From contig QPGO01000076.1 of NCBI GenBank assembly GCA_008632985.1, forward strand, positions 124,001 through 188,000: a DNA stretch of 64,000 nucleotides. Reading direction: 5' to 3'. Positions within the stretch are counted from its first letter, which is position 1; each line of letters begins with the position of its first letter. This DNA is from Psammoneis japonica. Taxonomy: Eukaryota. The notes under the pieces are model-generated. The model was not told the DNA's origin. It did not search any database and saw nothing but the letters and a program-made list of their open reading frames with translations. A program made the translations under genes and the position numbers. Of this stretch, positions 1 to 12,331 are shown one piece after another.

Positions 1-1356
1 CCAGCCAAGGTTTCACTCTACCCAAAGGGCCGACCGGAATACCCTGGCCAAAATAAAGAAGTTATCCAATTGGGTAGCTCGTATGCGACCAATCCCTTTC
101 AAGGAAATGGACTTGTGGACGCGCAATGGGCTAAAGGTCGTGCGTTCTTTAGAAGGGGACGGTCTGTAGGGCAAATCTAAGGTTGATGTGATGCCAGTCT
201 TGGTGTTGTATCACGGTGGTGTACCTAGGATGTCTATGAATCTTAAAAATCTCAACTTGATGTCACGAGCTGTTTAGCCCCCCGACTGAAGGTCGGGTGT
301 CCTCGATAGCTCTGATTAGTTGTCATTTCTCGGCTCTAGATAGTACTTCTATTTGATTATCCTGTGGCTACCTCCCTTTTCTTGTGCCGTCACAGCATCA
401 CAAAGACGTACCAGTTGGTCGTGCCTTGTCTCAATGCGAAATCTACTTCCATCGTTCGATTATTGAAAGAGCATATCAAGTTGTAGCTTTAGAATACACA
501 CATTAAGTTCTCTCCTTCTCCAACAGATATTGCGGCAAATAGAGAGACTTCGCGATCGCTTTCTGGAGAGTTTGAAAGTACAGGAGCCTACGCGGTACCG
601 TTGCATTCCAGAAGCGAACGAGAAGTCGGTCGATCCGTGCGCGAGTGAATGAGTCATCGGACTATAATTATTTTACCGGTAATAAAGAAACGGTACCTTA
701 TGTATTTTATTATGAAAGATGACTATGACGTCATACACATTTTTATTTATGGGCAGTTACAAGATCAACGCGTCACGCCACGTGGTTGCTACGACCGTTG
801 TACTTGCACGTAGAATCCTACGTCTTTCTTCGTACTTGTCTAAGCAACGATCCTTGGCATAATTTCATCGCGAAAAAGCCTCTCCGATCCTTCAAAACAG
901 CAGGTTTCACCTGTGAAGCATCATAGTTGGCGATAATCGGTCCTCAAGCTCGTACAAAGCCTTTGATTCATCCATTGAGTGGTATACTTGCATCTGTGAT
1001 CAAGCGAGAAAGAAAAAGCTCCATTCGTACTCGAGATCCTCCGATTGATAGGGTTCCGATTTTTCGGGTTCGATCGATCTCTGCAGTTCCTCTGTAGAAG
1101 CTGTACTGGATTTCACGTAGAACTTTGCCACACAAAAAATCATCAACATCTCTTCTGAGATTTCCTCCTCCATAACTCTCTTTTGGAAGCACAGAACAGC
1201 CATCAACCACTGTCCAACGTTAATACGTGCATTTGAGTTGCTGTACCTTGGATCTAAGGTCGATTGGTCACCGTTGGGTACCTTTCCGAGACAGTCGTTT
1301 TTGCTCACAAAGTTGGAACAATTTTTTTCGACGTAGAAAGGTTACCAGGCCTACGA

Positions 1357-2525
1357 ATGATGTCTGCCAAGTCGCCAACTTCCGCTCCTAACAAGGAGAC
1401 AAGCAAAGATAAGAAGAGTATGGATCGAAACACACCAAAAAAGACCATTGAACCAAAGAAGACCACTGACAACTCGAATCCTCAACAGGGAACAGGGAAC
1501 TATAACAAGAGTCACAAATCCAGTGGCACGACAGAAAAAGCTAGCAAGGGGGGCGATCAGTCCAAAGAAAGACTTCCTCCAAACAAGAAGGACTCTCGTA
1601 AACTCTTCGTTGGTGGACTACCAATGAATGGTAAGCTCTGATAGTCTTTTCAATAGCTTGTTTGTAGCATACACGATTCTTCTAACCACATTTCTGTTTG
1701 CCTCTGAATCGTGCAGTAACCGAAGAGGAGTTTCGAGAGTGCTTTGAACAGTATGGCACTTTGGTGGACTCTGTAGTTATGTTTGATCGAGACACACGTC
1801 GTTCACGGGGTTTCGGCTTTGTTACGTTCGAGGATCCTGCTGTTTGCAACAGTCTATTAAATACTATTGAGAACGGCAAGCACGTTGGAAGAGTGACCAT
1901 GAGCGGCAAGGTCTGTGAGTTAAAACCAGCCGAGCCGCGGGAGTGGGCTCCTCCTGCGGCACGCCATCGCAATCGAAACAAGCACAGTGCGAGTAACCGA
2001 AAACCATCCGCCCATAGTCAGCGATCAATGACGCCAATTACCATTCCTCCGAATGTGATCCCAGCGGAGTACGCTCCAGGCGCAGTCCCGCCTCCTGGTG
2101 TTGCGCCTTGGCCGTACTCGGATTACGCCCAACCTATTCCTATTACAGACGTGCCAGTACCAGGTATGGTGTTGCCGGAAGGCTACTATCCTGGTATGCC
2201 GGCTGTCCCGCTAGAAGTTCCTTATGAATATCCAGGAACCGCTATGCCGCCCGTCGGGGTAGTTCCTTCGGTTCCAGCTACTGTTTCACCCGTTCCATTC
2301 AATCCATATGTGGGATACCCCCCACAGTATCCCGTGCCTCCCCCACAAGACGTTATCCCAGGACCAGTTCCGTACAGTCAGGTCGTCATGGGTGCACCGC
2401 AGATTAACCCTACCGAGGTAGGTCCGCCAACACAAAACGGTGCTTCTCATCATGACGGCGACAAGCTGCAACAAGAAGCTGGTCCAGATGTGTCTGGGGA
2501 AGGCAAAGAAACTGGTCAACCGTAA
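1357..2525 (+). CDS. RRM RNA-binding protein (Musashi/hnRNP A/B-like) with Pro-rich C-terminus; 2 exons (1357-1630, 1717-2525)
   Basis: RNP2 'KLFVGGL' and RNP1 'RGFGFVTF'; GT..AG intron 1631-1716 joins LPMN-VTEEEF in frame. Confidence 0.9.
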
Positions 2526-3096
2526 AGGACCAGGTCAATAGAAAAAATAAAACATCTAACTTAAAACTCATTCGCTGAAATTCAGTGCTGACCCGTGATC
2601 CTTGCAATTTGTTCTGGAGTCAGATGCTAGGTTTTGTTGCTTTCCTACGTTCTAATCGAGATTTTAGTACGTCTATCATAGTCAGAGCGACTTACTGCTC
2701 CCGATACGATTAATTTACTTCAGAGTAGTAGTCGCGCTCGCTCATCCGCCACTGGTTACAGTACGACAGTCGTCTGATATGATGCAAGGTAGGTCGCAGC
2801 AGTCACATTTGCTCGTTGACGTTTCCGAGTGTCCGAACAGGAGAGAGAGAGAGAGAGGAAACGATTTACCGAAAACGCCAAAACTCAACCAACCTATTAC
2901 AACAAAAATGACGACATGAACTCTCGTTACCACTTTTCACACAGTTATAGCATTAGGTATATATATCTCAGTCTCCGGTGCATTGATCATAAGGAAGGCA
3001 TGGAGAAGCCGACAAAATGTAAACAATGGTATGTAACCTGCTATAACAACAAAAATTGAGCGCGTATCGTGTAACCGCCCAAATCTAAATAACCGA

Positions 3097-3360
3097 TTAA
3101 GACGACATGGACATGGACATCGATCCCTGAAGCAGGCGATCCCAGAATTCTCCGTCTTCTTCCTCAACAATCTGCAACGAGCAAGAAAAACAAACAAAAA
3201 GAATCAGTTTGGATGATCAACGATACCCGCACCCCACAAGCCTGTAGCTACGTACACTCTTCATGAAAGAGCTTTCGTCCTGGCCACGTAGATTGGGGAC
3301 GCCTTCGGTGTCGCCGGCTACAGCTCCAACAAGGAGAGCGATGAGTGCCAATATTTTCAT
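3097..3360 (-). CDS. Small secreted peptide, 59 aa, with RXL-like motif and SMSMSM tail; 2 exons (3360-3256, 3171-3097)
   Basis: Signal peptide MKILALIALLVGAVAG; phase-0 GTACGT..GCAG intron gives ...SFMKS|IVEEEDGEFWDRLLQGSMSMSMSS*. Confidence 0.7.
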
Positions 3361-4639
3361 TGTGCCTTTCGAATTAACGACCTGCAAGTGCGCAAAAATA
3401 AAAACCAACAATAACAAACAGTGTGAGTCATCGTGTGAAAGAGAATTGGCCAATAACCATTGGTCATTGGATTCGACGAAACGATGGCCGACAGAAGCAA
3501 ACTTGTGCAGATCAAGGGAAGAACAGCACGATGTGATGTCTCATTCCCCTTTACAAAAACATGACAGTTCAATGATATCACATGGTTTCGTTCTGCAAAA
3601 GTTGCCTGGTACGGCGCCTTGGAAACTAGTCAAATAACCTTGCAAAACCGCACCTTGTCAAAAATTGTGTTCCGAATGATCGGTGAGAGTCAACAGCCAA
3701 AAACCCGACCCAAAATTTTGTTTCTTTTGAAATTTTGATGAGGCGGCAGTTATTTATTGTCAAACAAAGAGTACAATTTCAATAGAACAAAAGTGCGTGG
3801 ATTTCTACGCAACGGAAAAGGCATGTGCTGGAGGTGCGACAATATCGAAAAAATAGAGACCGCCTGCCCTAAATAATTCATGTGACGTGCGAAATTTGCG
3901 CGAGACGCAGTCACGAGGCGGTCAACACGACACACGACCATGATGGATGGCCCGTTTATGACTCCTTCCACGTAAACAAAAACGCAACAATCTCACCGAT
4001 AGAGACACTACATCTATTTAGACGCAGATATGGAGCAATTCAGTGGCAGAGAAGACACAATCATGCGGATAATCCTCGCGAAACATGCGCGATATATTCC
4101 GTTCATGAAAAAATGAGACATCGATGGGCACAGTTCTTCCCTTCGCTCTTTCCTCTGCAACAATATCTACAAAAATAAGAGCGAGAATTATGCAGTAGCA
4201 CATAGTCTCCATAGCGCAGCATAAGGACAACAACGGGGTAAGCTCCAGATGCTAGTTTTACGCACCTTGCACACAGTTGTGCGTTCTTACTTTGCGGTTT
4301 GCGTTCTCCAAAACTCTTTCCACGTGGTTTTCAATACAATTTCTACGAGTCCCGGATGCGCGAAATTGGTGCGTGAGGCTGGAATATCAATCGTTTTGGA
4401 TGTTAGCGCACAAGAATCGATATATTAAACATTCATGGAGGTTACATACAACCAAAATCTTTTCTTTGTATCGACTTTCCTTTGAATTTTCTTCTGATCC
4501 GACTCAGTTTCGTTGATACTACCTCATAGATATATTCAAACGCAAATATCATACATATCCTGGAAGTCGAGTGTGGTCACAAAATACCCGCGTTTCAACC
4601 CGCCTTATCTTCAAACCTCTTCTAAAGTACCTATAGTAG

Positions 4640-5881
4640 CTAGCATCGGACTGCTAAGAACTTCTTCGGATTGACATTGGTAATCGACCTCCACAATTCG
4701 TCGCCAAGAGTGCTATTTAGCTCATTCGTTAGGTTTTCCTCTTTCATCTTTTCTTGCTCGCTCATGTAGTAGTCAGATCCAAACAGAACTCTAGACCTGA
4801 CACGAGGTTCTTCTTCCAACAGCTTTCGGAGATCTTTCCCATACCTATGGACGCGAAAGAACGTGTATGAAATGTCAGTGTACAGATTGGGGAAGTCGCC
4901 ACTTTTCATCATTGTGATGATCTGATCGACCCAATTCATCTTCTCAAGTGGGACATCATTGCTCCTTGGGATCTTAAGGCCTTTTGTGTACGCGTCCCAT
5001 TGTTGTATGCCGCCGAAATGTGCCAAGCAGAGTCGCATGTTTGGGTACTTGCGGAGCACTGAAGCGTAGCTGGAGGGAGCCGTATACTCAATGAGCGTCT
5101 TTTGCGGAATCCGTTTGTGGTCATCAAGCGTTTTCGTCCAGACACCTCGGCTCATGCAGTGAACAGTGACGGGCAACTTTTTCTGATTGGCATACTTAAA
5201 AATCTCGTCGACGCACTTGTCCTTTGGACTGTAGCCGAGTCCTGGGTAGAGCTTGATTCCTTTGAACTTGATGCCATTGAGGCCTTTTTGGGTGAGATTC
5301 CTAATGAATTCGATTGCTATTGGCTCTTTCATGTTCGTGTGTGATCCACTTCGTGGATCAATGTGAACAAACGGTATGAGTAGCTTTTTGTTCTCGTTGA
5401 CAAGATTGGCTAGCTCGAGATGTTGGGCCGTAATATTTTGTTTGGGTTGTCCTTTATCCAGTCCTCTCAAATCCATGGGCAACACCGCAAAGCGGGTACC
5501 GTTTGGATAGTGTCCCTTGACAATGTCAAAGAGTTCCTTCTGCGATCCCTTTGTTGCGTGATCAAAAAAGTCTGCATATCGCTCAATCATGTCGTTGCTC
5601 GCCCACGGGATCATCCCTTTGAGAAACCGCACTAAGAAATTGGCAATGTACTTGTTTTGACCCAGCAAATGAATGATTGGGTTTGGAAATCCAGGCGGGA
5701 CGTTCTCTTTGTGATTAAGATGGATATGGCAGTTGTAAATGTCCGTTTCTCTTGATGGCTGGGACGACGATAGGGCGTTTGAATGCGAGGCGGTTGACCG
5801 GAAAGTCGGAGTAATGAATGCATGGGACCATGTCGGAGGCAGCAGAAGGAATGAGGCTAAGTGTCTGCATTTGAAGAGCAT
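4640..5881 (-). CDS. Amidohydrolase_2 family metal-dependent hydrolase, probably plastid-targeted
   Basis: Motifs YNCHIH, GIKLYPGLG, VTVHC, LCLAHFGG, LYTDIS, VLFGSDY; N-terminal signal-like stretch ending SHA-F; intronless. Confidence 0.85.
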   Translation of the reverse strand: MLFKCRHLASFLLLPPTWSHAFITPTFRSTASHSNALSSSQPSRETDIYNCHIHLNHKENVPPGFPNPIIHLLGQNKYIANFLVRFLKGMIPWASNDMIERYADFFDHATKGSQKELFDIVKGHYPNGTRFAVLPMDLRGLDKGQPKQNITAQHLELANLVNENKKLLIPFVHIDPRSGSHTNMKEPIAIEFIRNLTQKGLNGIKFKGIKLYPGLGYSPKDKCVDEIFKYANQKKLPVTVHCMSRGVWTKTLDDHKRIPQKTLIEYTAPSSYASVLRKYPNMRLCLAHFGGIQQWDAYTKGLKIPRSNDVPLEKMNWVDQIITMMKSGDFPNLYTDISYTFFRVHRYGKDLRKLLEEEPRVRSRVLFGSDYYMSEQEKMKEENLTNELNSTLGDELWRSITNVNPKKFLAVRC

Positions 5882-6243
5882 TGTGATTGTAATATGCTTG
5901 TCGGGGAATGGGATTGATAGTCGTGGGAATAATAGTGTTCCTGACGCGACATGCACCAAAACACGATAGGAACTCCGCGAGTGCCCCGCGTGTTTCAGTC
6001 GTGACTACTTGCTAAGACCGCGCTTCTTTCTTCTGTGCCGCTTTTTTGATGTTGATCATAGTATTGGGATTTATTGCGACACTTGGTGCTTGTTCTACTC
6101 AATGCGAAAGACATGCTCCAAAGATACACAGTATTTTGTTTGTGTTCAGGCTCACCGAATACTACGCAGGAGAAACGTCTCTAACTAGATAGAGCAAGGT
6201 CTTAGAGAGTAGATTGGGACAGGACCAAGAAAACGCATCAGTT

Positions 6244-7302
6244 TTATTTTTTCAACAAACAGTCTGATATGTCGCTGGATGTGTACCAGTTTGTGGCTAT
6301 CCACTTTTCTCGGTCGGTCGGCATCCCTGCATGGACCGATTTCCAGTCCATAATATAACCTCCACCTTGTTGGCTATTGATTTGGCTGAGACCTTTGGCG
6401 GCTCTATTATCAAGCCATTCATAATTATAAAACACCAGAGCATCCCCTGGATTGATGCAAACCACGTGACTCTTTGATGATTCGCCTTCATACCGTAGCG
6501 TTTCACGATCAACTTCGCTCCCCACTATCCACAAACCATCTTTTCCCGGAGTCTTGCCATCCGCCATACCTTTACCTTCTAGTTTCATCTCGGGAGGTCC
6601 TTCTTCGTCACTGTCTTCCTTGCTGAGTACAGCAAAGGGAAACCACGTACCAGCAACACCGTTAAGATATGTGAGCACGGTAATGGCTCGCCCAAAGCCA
6701 TCATGGTGAAAATCGAATTTCCCCCCTTCGTCGTATTTCACTACTTGTAGGTCTTCAGGCTGGAGATCTAAGCCGCTCTCATCAAAAAATAGATAAGATG
6801 CGAGCTGAGTCATGAAACTAGATACCTCAGATCCAAAGTGCTTGACTTCCTCGATGTCACTTGGAATCCAGGTTACGTACGAATTCTTTCGATGTACGAC
6901 ATGACCTGCCTTTGTCCCTGCATGATTCATTCCAAGCTGTAACGATACGTCCATTAATGCCTGTCGATCCTCCTTGTGAGGGAGAAAATTTCGGATAATA
7001 AATGCATCGGGTTCAAGCGCGACCCTTTCAATGGCTACCGGCGCCGAGGAGCCAAAGGGACGCCAATGTTCTCCCAATTCTAAATCCTGCAACACTTTCG
7101 GTGGTCTCAACTTTTCTTGAGCAGTACCAGATACATTGTCGATGCACGTTTCTGATGAAGCCGGGCATATACTTCTCCGTCTGAACGAAGCAGATAGACG
7201 ACGCTTTCTCGAATTAGCGAAGGCTTTTATAGTTTGAGGCGCATTGAGCCACAGCAGCACAAGCAACTTGAGCGACGTCATAATGAAGGTAATTTTCCGC
7301 AT
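6244..7302 (-). CDS. 2OG-Fe(II) oxygenase, prolyl 4-hydroxylase-like
   Basis: LQVVKYDEGGKFDFHHD (HxD), ITVLTYLN, SVHAGMP..EKWIATNW; signal + 'AF' N-terminus. Confidence 0.85.
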   Translation of the reverse strand: MRKITFIMTSLKLLVLLWLNAPQTIKAFANSRKRRLSASFRRRSICPASSETCIDNVSGTAQEKLRPPKVLQDLELGEHWRPFGSSAPVAIERVALEPDAFIIRNFLPHKEDRQALMDVSLQLGMNHAGTKAGHVVHRKNSYVTWIPSDIEEVKHFGSEVSSFMTQLASYLFFDESGLDLQPEDLQVVKYDEGGKFDFHHDGFGRAITVLTYLNGVAGTWFPFAVLSKEDSDEEGPPEMKLEGKGMADGKTPGKDGLWIVGSEVDRETLRYEGESSKSHVVCINPGDALVFYNYEWLDNRAAKGLSQINSQQGGGYIMDWKSVHAGMPTDREKWIATNWYTSSDISDCLLKK

Positions 7303-7796
7303 TATGAATGATTCTTCGGCAACATTGCAACTCTTGTGGCCATTGCAGTAACGACCAACGCAGCCAACCACGTAACTCGTGGCAAACTACGGTTGTTGCT
7401 GTTGACAAAGTTCGGGTGAGAGGAATTTTTCTCAGCTTTGTGAGTAACTCAATCTACGTAGATTTCTACGTGTGACGCAAACACGATTCCTTTTGAGATG
7501 AGTCGTTCACGCGGGCGGCTGACAGGCGGAGGCGACGTCAGTCCTGCGCTGCGCTGCCTCACCTCGTCCGCCCACCTCATCCTTTCTACAGTACCATATG
7601 GTTTACCTGCGAACCAGGTCGCAAAACATAAAGCTTTATCATTCTGTTCATGTAGCTGTGGTCTGTGGTTGAGGTATTAATAGCTGGCTTTGACTCAGCA
7701 AAATGTATGTAGGAAGAAAAAGGCAATAAGAGAGTCTAACCTTGTATGGTACATCATTTAGATGGAACCTGCGTCAAAAAGCAAGACTCCTTGTTT

Positions 7797-8338
7797 CTAC
7801 TCTTCGCTAACTCGAGCATCCAATACGATGATACTCCCCCGTCTTGACACGTCGCCCACAGATTTACTTGCTTTAATTGAGAAAGCTACATCCATATCCG
7901 CATTGCCTCTTACTGATATCCTCTCCGTCAATTCTAGCGCAGTAGTTTCAAAGGAACCAATTTCTCGAGGATTTCCAATCCGTTGCCAATCAAAAACAGT
8001 TACCTTGAGAGGCCATTCCAAATCACCATTGCACAGTTGTTCCAGCGGAATAGTCGCAGGTTCCCAGTATGGGTTGAGGTTGTCTGATATAGTCTCTGAT
8101 CTGTACACAACAGCCCTACAGCAAGAAACAAAAAGACAAGCCTTTCAGCATAATCTTTATCAGACTCATTGTACTAAACATCACACTGCCAGTTTCTTGT
8201 TTACCATCTTTCGCCATCGGTCGATTGACCGGTTGACTCTTTTGATATTTCGAAAAAAGGATCGGACTTTCCCAGTTGGAAGAGCCCGAGCTCCATGTTC
8301 TTGATGTGCAAGCCTCGCAAGTGCAGATCAAATGACAT
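7797..8338 (-). CDS. Single C2-domain (copine-like) protein; 2 exons (8338-8205, 8115-7797)
   Basis: KSDPFFEI...YRSETISDNLNPYWEP...VTVFDW; GT..AG intron 8204-8116; paralogous to the gene at 13366-14484. Confidence 0.8.
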
Positions 8339-8844
8339 TTTCAGGCGCTGTCTGAATTTTGCGCTGTTCGAATCAGCGTTTATCCCTTTTACTCTTAGGT
8401 GAGCCGCTCCTGTAAAAGCTTGCAATGCGGGACGTGACTTCCAAATACCCGGTACAGTAGGAGGTAGGAATACCATACGTCGACAACCGACAACACCAAG
8501 CGGGAACCAGAACGGAACAAGAACGGAATCGAAAATTCCAAAAACACATCCCGTCTTGCCGTCTACTCGTTTCAGATTGACCGAAAAGTCAACAATGACC
8601 TCTTTCAAAATACAATACTGTACAGTACGTAAATTCGTTACGTCAAAGGAGTACGACATTATCGTAGAACATACAAGATGACCAATGTCATTATTTTGAA
8701 AATGAGGGCATAAATAATTAAAATTTTCTCTGGAGGAGAAACTGGTCTCACAAGAGAGAGATACCATACATGTAAATAGAACGATTTCAGATTGATTATG
8801 ACAAAAGCTATCCTTATTACGATGCCTTGCGATTGAGCATCAAG

Positions 8845-11800
8845 ATGAAGATTGGTTTAGTCAGTGTCACGGTTGTAGGCATCCTTGCCATCCCAGTCCT
8901 GACTGACAAGACGAGAACTGCACATGAAATGGATGGAATGGCCATTTGGGGCGAAGGTGTGACTGCCGAGGCCAGATTTTCCTCGTGGAATGGGACAGAC
9001 TTTTCTCCGTCTTACAGTATGGAAGATACGCGATCAGGTTGGCAACAAATTAGGGGAGCATACTCATCGACACGTGATGAAGCCATCGCGCTTGGTCTCA
9101 CAGTCAACCGCGAGATCACCGCACAAGTGTATTCCAGAGACGAATGGAGTACGCTACCTTTTTCACCCCTCGATAACAACGCCTTCCCTAAAACCTATGT
9201 GGGTTTTGATGTTCAGTACGAGAGTCCCAGTGGGAATGCCCTCTTGGTTTGGCATAAAGGGGGGGCTGGCTCGATTTCCTATAGAACGTTTGATGGCTCG
9301 TCATGGAGCTCAGAAATGAGCCTGCCTTTACCTAACGCGTCCGTAAGAGATACCAACTACCAATTGAAGTTGGTGGCAAGCCACAAAGGAATGAGATGGT
9401 GCTCATTGTTTCTGGAAAGTCCTCCTCAGACAGAGTCATTGTATGGAACGGGGGTAAATGGGGAAGTTACTTGTCATTGAACAACCCACCCATGCTTTAT
9501 TCAATGAAGGTCAATGCGGCATACGAAAAAATAAGTGGTCGCTTAATGATTTTGTACTCAAAAAAGTCGCGGACACTACATTATCGGCTATATGATGGAA
9601 ACATTTGGAGTAGCGAAAAAACTGTGCATCCTCCAACAAGTATCCCATCAGATTATAAGATCAAGCACATCCGAGTTGCTTCTGACCCGTCAGGTAATCG
9701 CATAGCGGTTGCTGTCACAACCTGGAAAACATTTGCCTTTTGGTTGGCTGTGTGGCACGGCGGCAATGAGTGGGGGTCAATAATATCCGCTGCAGCTGCA
9801 TCTAACTCATCGAAATGCGAAGCTATAGATGTTGCATTTGAAGAAGACAGCGGAAGGTGCTTGGCGTCCTACATTCAGGATGACGATCACGTGCGATACA
9901 GAACATGGTCGTCTTCGTGGTCACGCGAACTCACAGGCCCTAACGTTGGGAATCTACCAAAACAATTACGGCTCTATTCTGCTCCACATGGTCGTGATAT
10001 TATGCTTTCCGTTCAGGACGACCTACGGGAAGCGAAACTCTGCCTCTGGAGTGAAAGTGAGTGGAGAGAAGTGCACCGAGTTACAGAATTGACTGTTTCA
10101 CCTGAATATACAGGACATCCTGTCCTTTTCTTGTGGAACCCGCAACTAACGCGAACGGCATCACCAACCACTACGCCTACGAAACAACCAACAGCATCTC
10201 CTACATCACGACCAACACCAATAGTAACGTTGTCCCCAACGTCCTCGCCAACTGGAGTTCCGTCTTATGGGCCCACACCAAAACCAACATCTGTACCAAC
10301 TCGATTACCAACTGCTACACCGACTGTACATCCTACAGTCAAGCCCACATCCAATCCAACTGTATCACCAACGACTAGTCCTACAGGAATCACAACAGGA
10401 GAGCCGACTCTACATCCAACGCCTCTACCAACGCCAGCTCCTACGGTCAAACCCACGCCCAATCCATCTTTTTCGCCCACATCTCCACCTACTCTAGCTC
10501 CAGCTGACGCGCCGAGTGCAGGACCGACCATCAGCCCAACGCTTCCATCCACGTCGCTTCAAACAGCATCAGCAGATTCAGACCAAGAAGGAACCAAAAG
10601 TTATGGGTCCGTCGAAACTGGCAAATCTTGCTTGACCAATACGGATTGCAAGTCCCAAACTTGTCGCCATGGCGTTTGCATGGCATCATCCGCATGTTAT
10701 CCAATCAAACACAAGTACGGCGATGAATTCGACGAGAACAGAATCAACATTGTGTTTGTAGCGTCTGCTTTTGATTCAGTGGGTCGCGATGTCTGGAAGT
10801 CACAAGTCAATTCCACCAAAGAATTCATGAGCAAATACAACATGTTTGCAAACGACATTGACGAGCTCAATATATTCATGGTTGATTCCACCAAATTAGA
10901 TGAGTCGTTTTGCTATTTTGGATGTGGTGGGATCGATCGCCTCCTTTGTTGCGACATTCATCGGGCCCGTGCGTTGACCAGCAATTGTCTTCCAATTGGT
11001 TCAAACGTGCAGAGTGTCATAATACACAACTCCAAGCAGTATGGAGGGGCTGGATACACCAAAGACAATATCGCTACAGTCTCGACTCATGAGTTGTCTC
11101 CTTATGTGCTGGTCCATGAGATTGCGCATTCCCTTTTCGAGCTCGGAGATGAGTACGCAAGTGGGACTGACACAGCGTTGGCGCCAAACTGTGATTCAAG
11201 CTCGACGTGCGAGAAATGGTCGGATCTCATTGGAAGAGAGAACACGCCACGAGGTTACAGCAAAGTCAAGTGTGTCCCTGGATGTCAAGGAAGAGGTTAT
11301 TTCATTGCGAGACAATCATTCATGGAAGATTTGTTTCTTCCAGTTGGAGCCGTAAATGAACGGTTCAGCTGTTGTACTTACCTCGCATTGACGAAGACGT
11401 TTCCTCGATACTGCCAGGCATTCAATCCTTCTCAGGGCTACCTCCTCAACTACTGTAAACTGAACGATTACCAAGAGTACGGAAAATCCAACTATGAGAG
11501 CAAGGAAGTTCTGGCTATTCCCGGATACGTGAATCAAGACAAACCAAGCGCGAAATACATTTACGTCTCGAATCCATTGTTGGTGACAATCAGCGCCAAG
11601 GTTAAACGTTCCGGAGCTATTGTATACAGAGCAAAAAGAACTCGGTTAAAAGCCGGAACATTTCCCCGGTCTCAAGTCCAAGGCGACTTTCCCAACCCAA
11701 AGGCTGCCGTCAAGGCTGGCGCTGATTCGTTGTTGAAAGTAATGGTGGACTACCGATGGGGAAAAGAGACGCTGTTCTTTTCCCAAACCACCACCATCGA

Positions 11801-11945
11801 AATCCCATTGCCGAACCCCCGTGACGAGTCCACTCAACAAGACGGACCTCCGAGTATTTCGGAGAAATCTCATGAGTTCAAGGTAGTGCTAGATGCAAAA
11901 GGCCGAGGCGTTAGAAAGATTCGTGCAAAATCAATAAGCTTATAA
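8845..11945 (+). CDS. Secreted multidomain zinc metalloprotease (M64/IgA-peptidase-like) with N-terminal Trp-rich repeat domain and Pro/Thr linker; apparent 1-nt frameshift near 9390
   Basis: Signal peptide; PTxxPT linker ~10150-10560; YGGAG and HEIAHSLFELGDEY; ORFs 8827-9480 and 9396-11945 join if one base is added at AAAGGA^ATGAGATG. Confidence 0.75.
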
Positions 11946-11987
11946 ACATCTTAATCGCATGGAAACATGTAGGACGTGGTTCGGTGC

Positions 11988-12138
11988 TTCCGGAGCTATT
12001 GTATACAGAGCAAAACGAACTCGGTTAAAAGCCGGAACATATCCCCGATCTCAATCTCAAGTCCAAGGCGACGTGCAAAGTCAATAAACTTGTATACACC
12101 TTATTCGCATGGAAATACGTAGGACGTGTTTCGGTGCT
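11988..12138 (+). repeat. Internally deleted tandem duplicate of the 3' end of the peptidase gene
   Basis: Matches ~11609-11687 fused to ~11922-11988. Confidence 0.85.
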
Positions 12139-12331
12139 CATGAAGTTTCTTGCGAAACGTGGTACAAATCCTTCCTCATTTGCAGGAACAGTATAGTAAG
12201 AATGCGCCTCCGTACTTCCTTCGGAAACGCCTATCCAATTGAACTCGTACACACTTTGCTCGATACTGTGAACTCTGATGTCAAGTTATATATATTGAGA
12301 ACCACTGTATAAGCAAACTATACGTCCTGGA

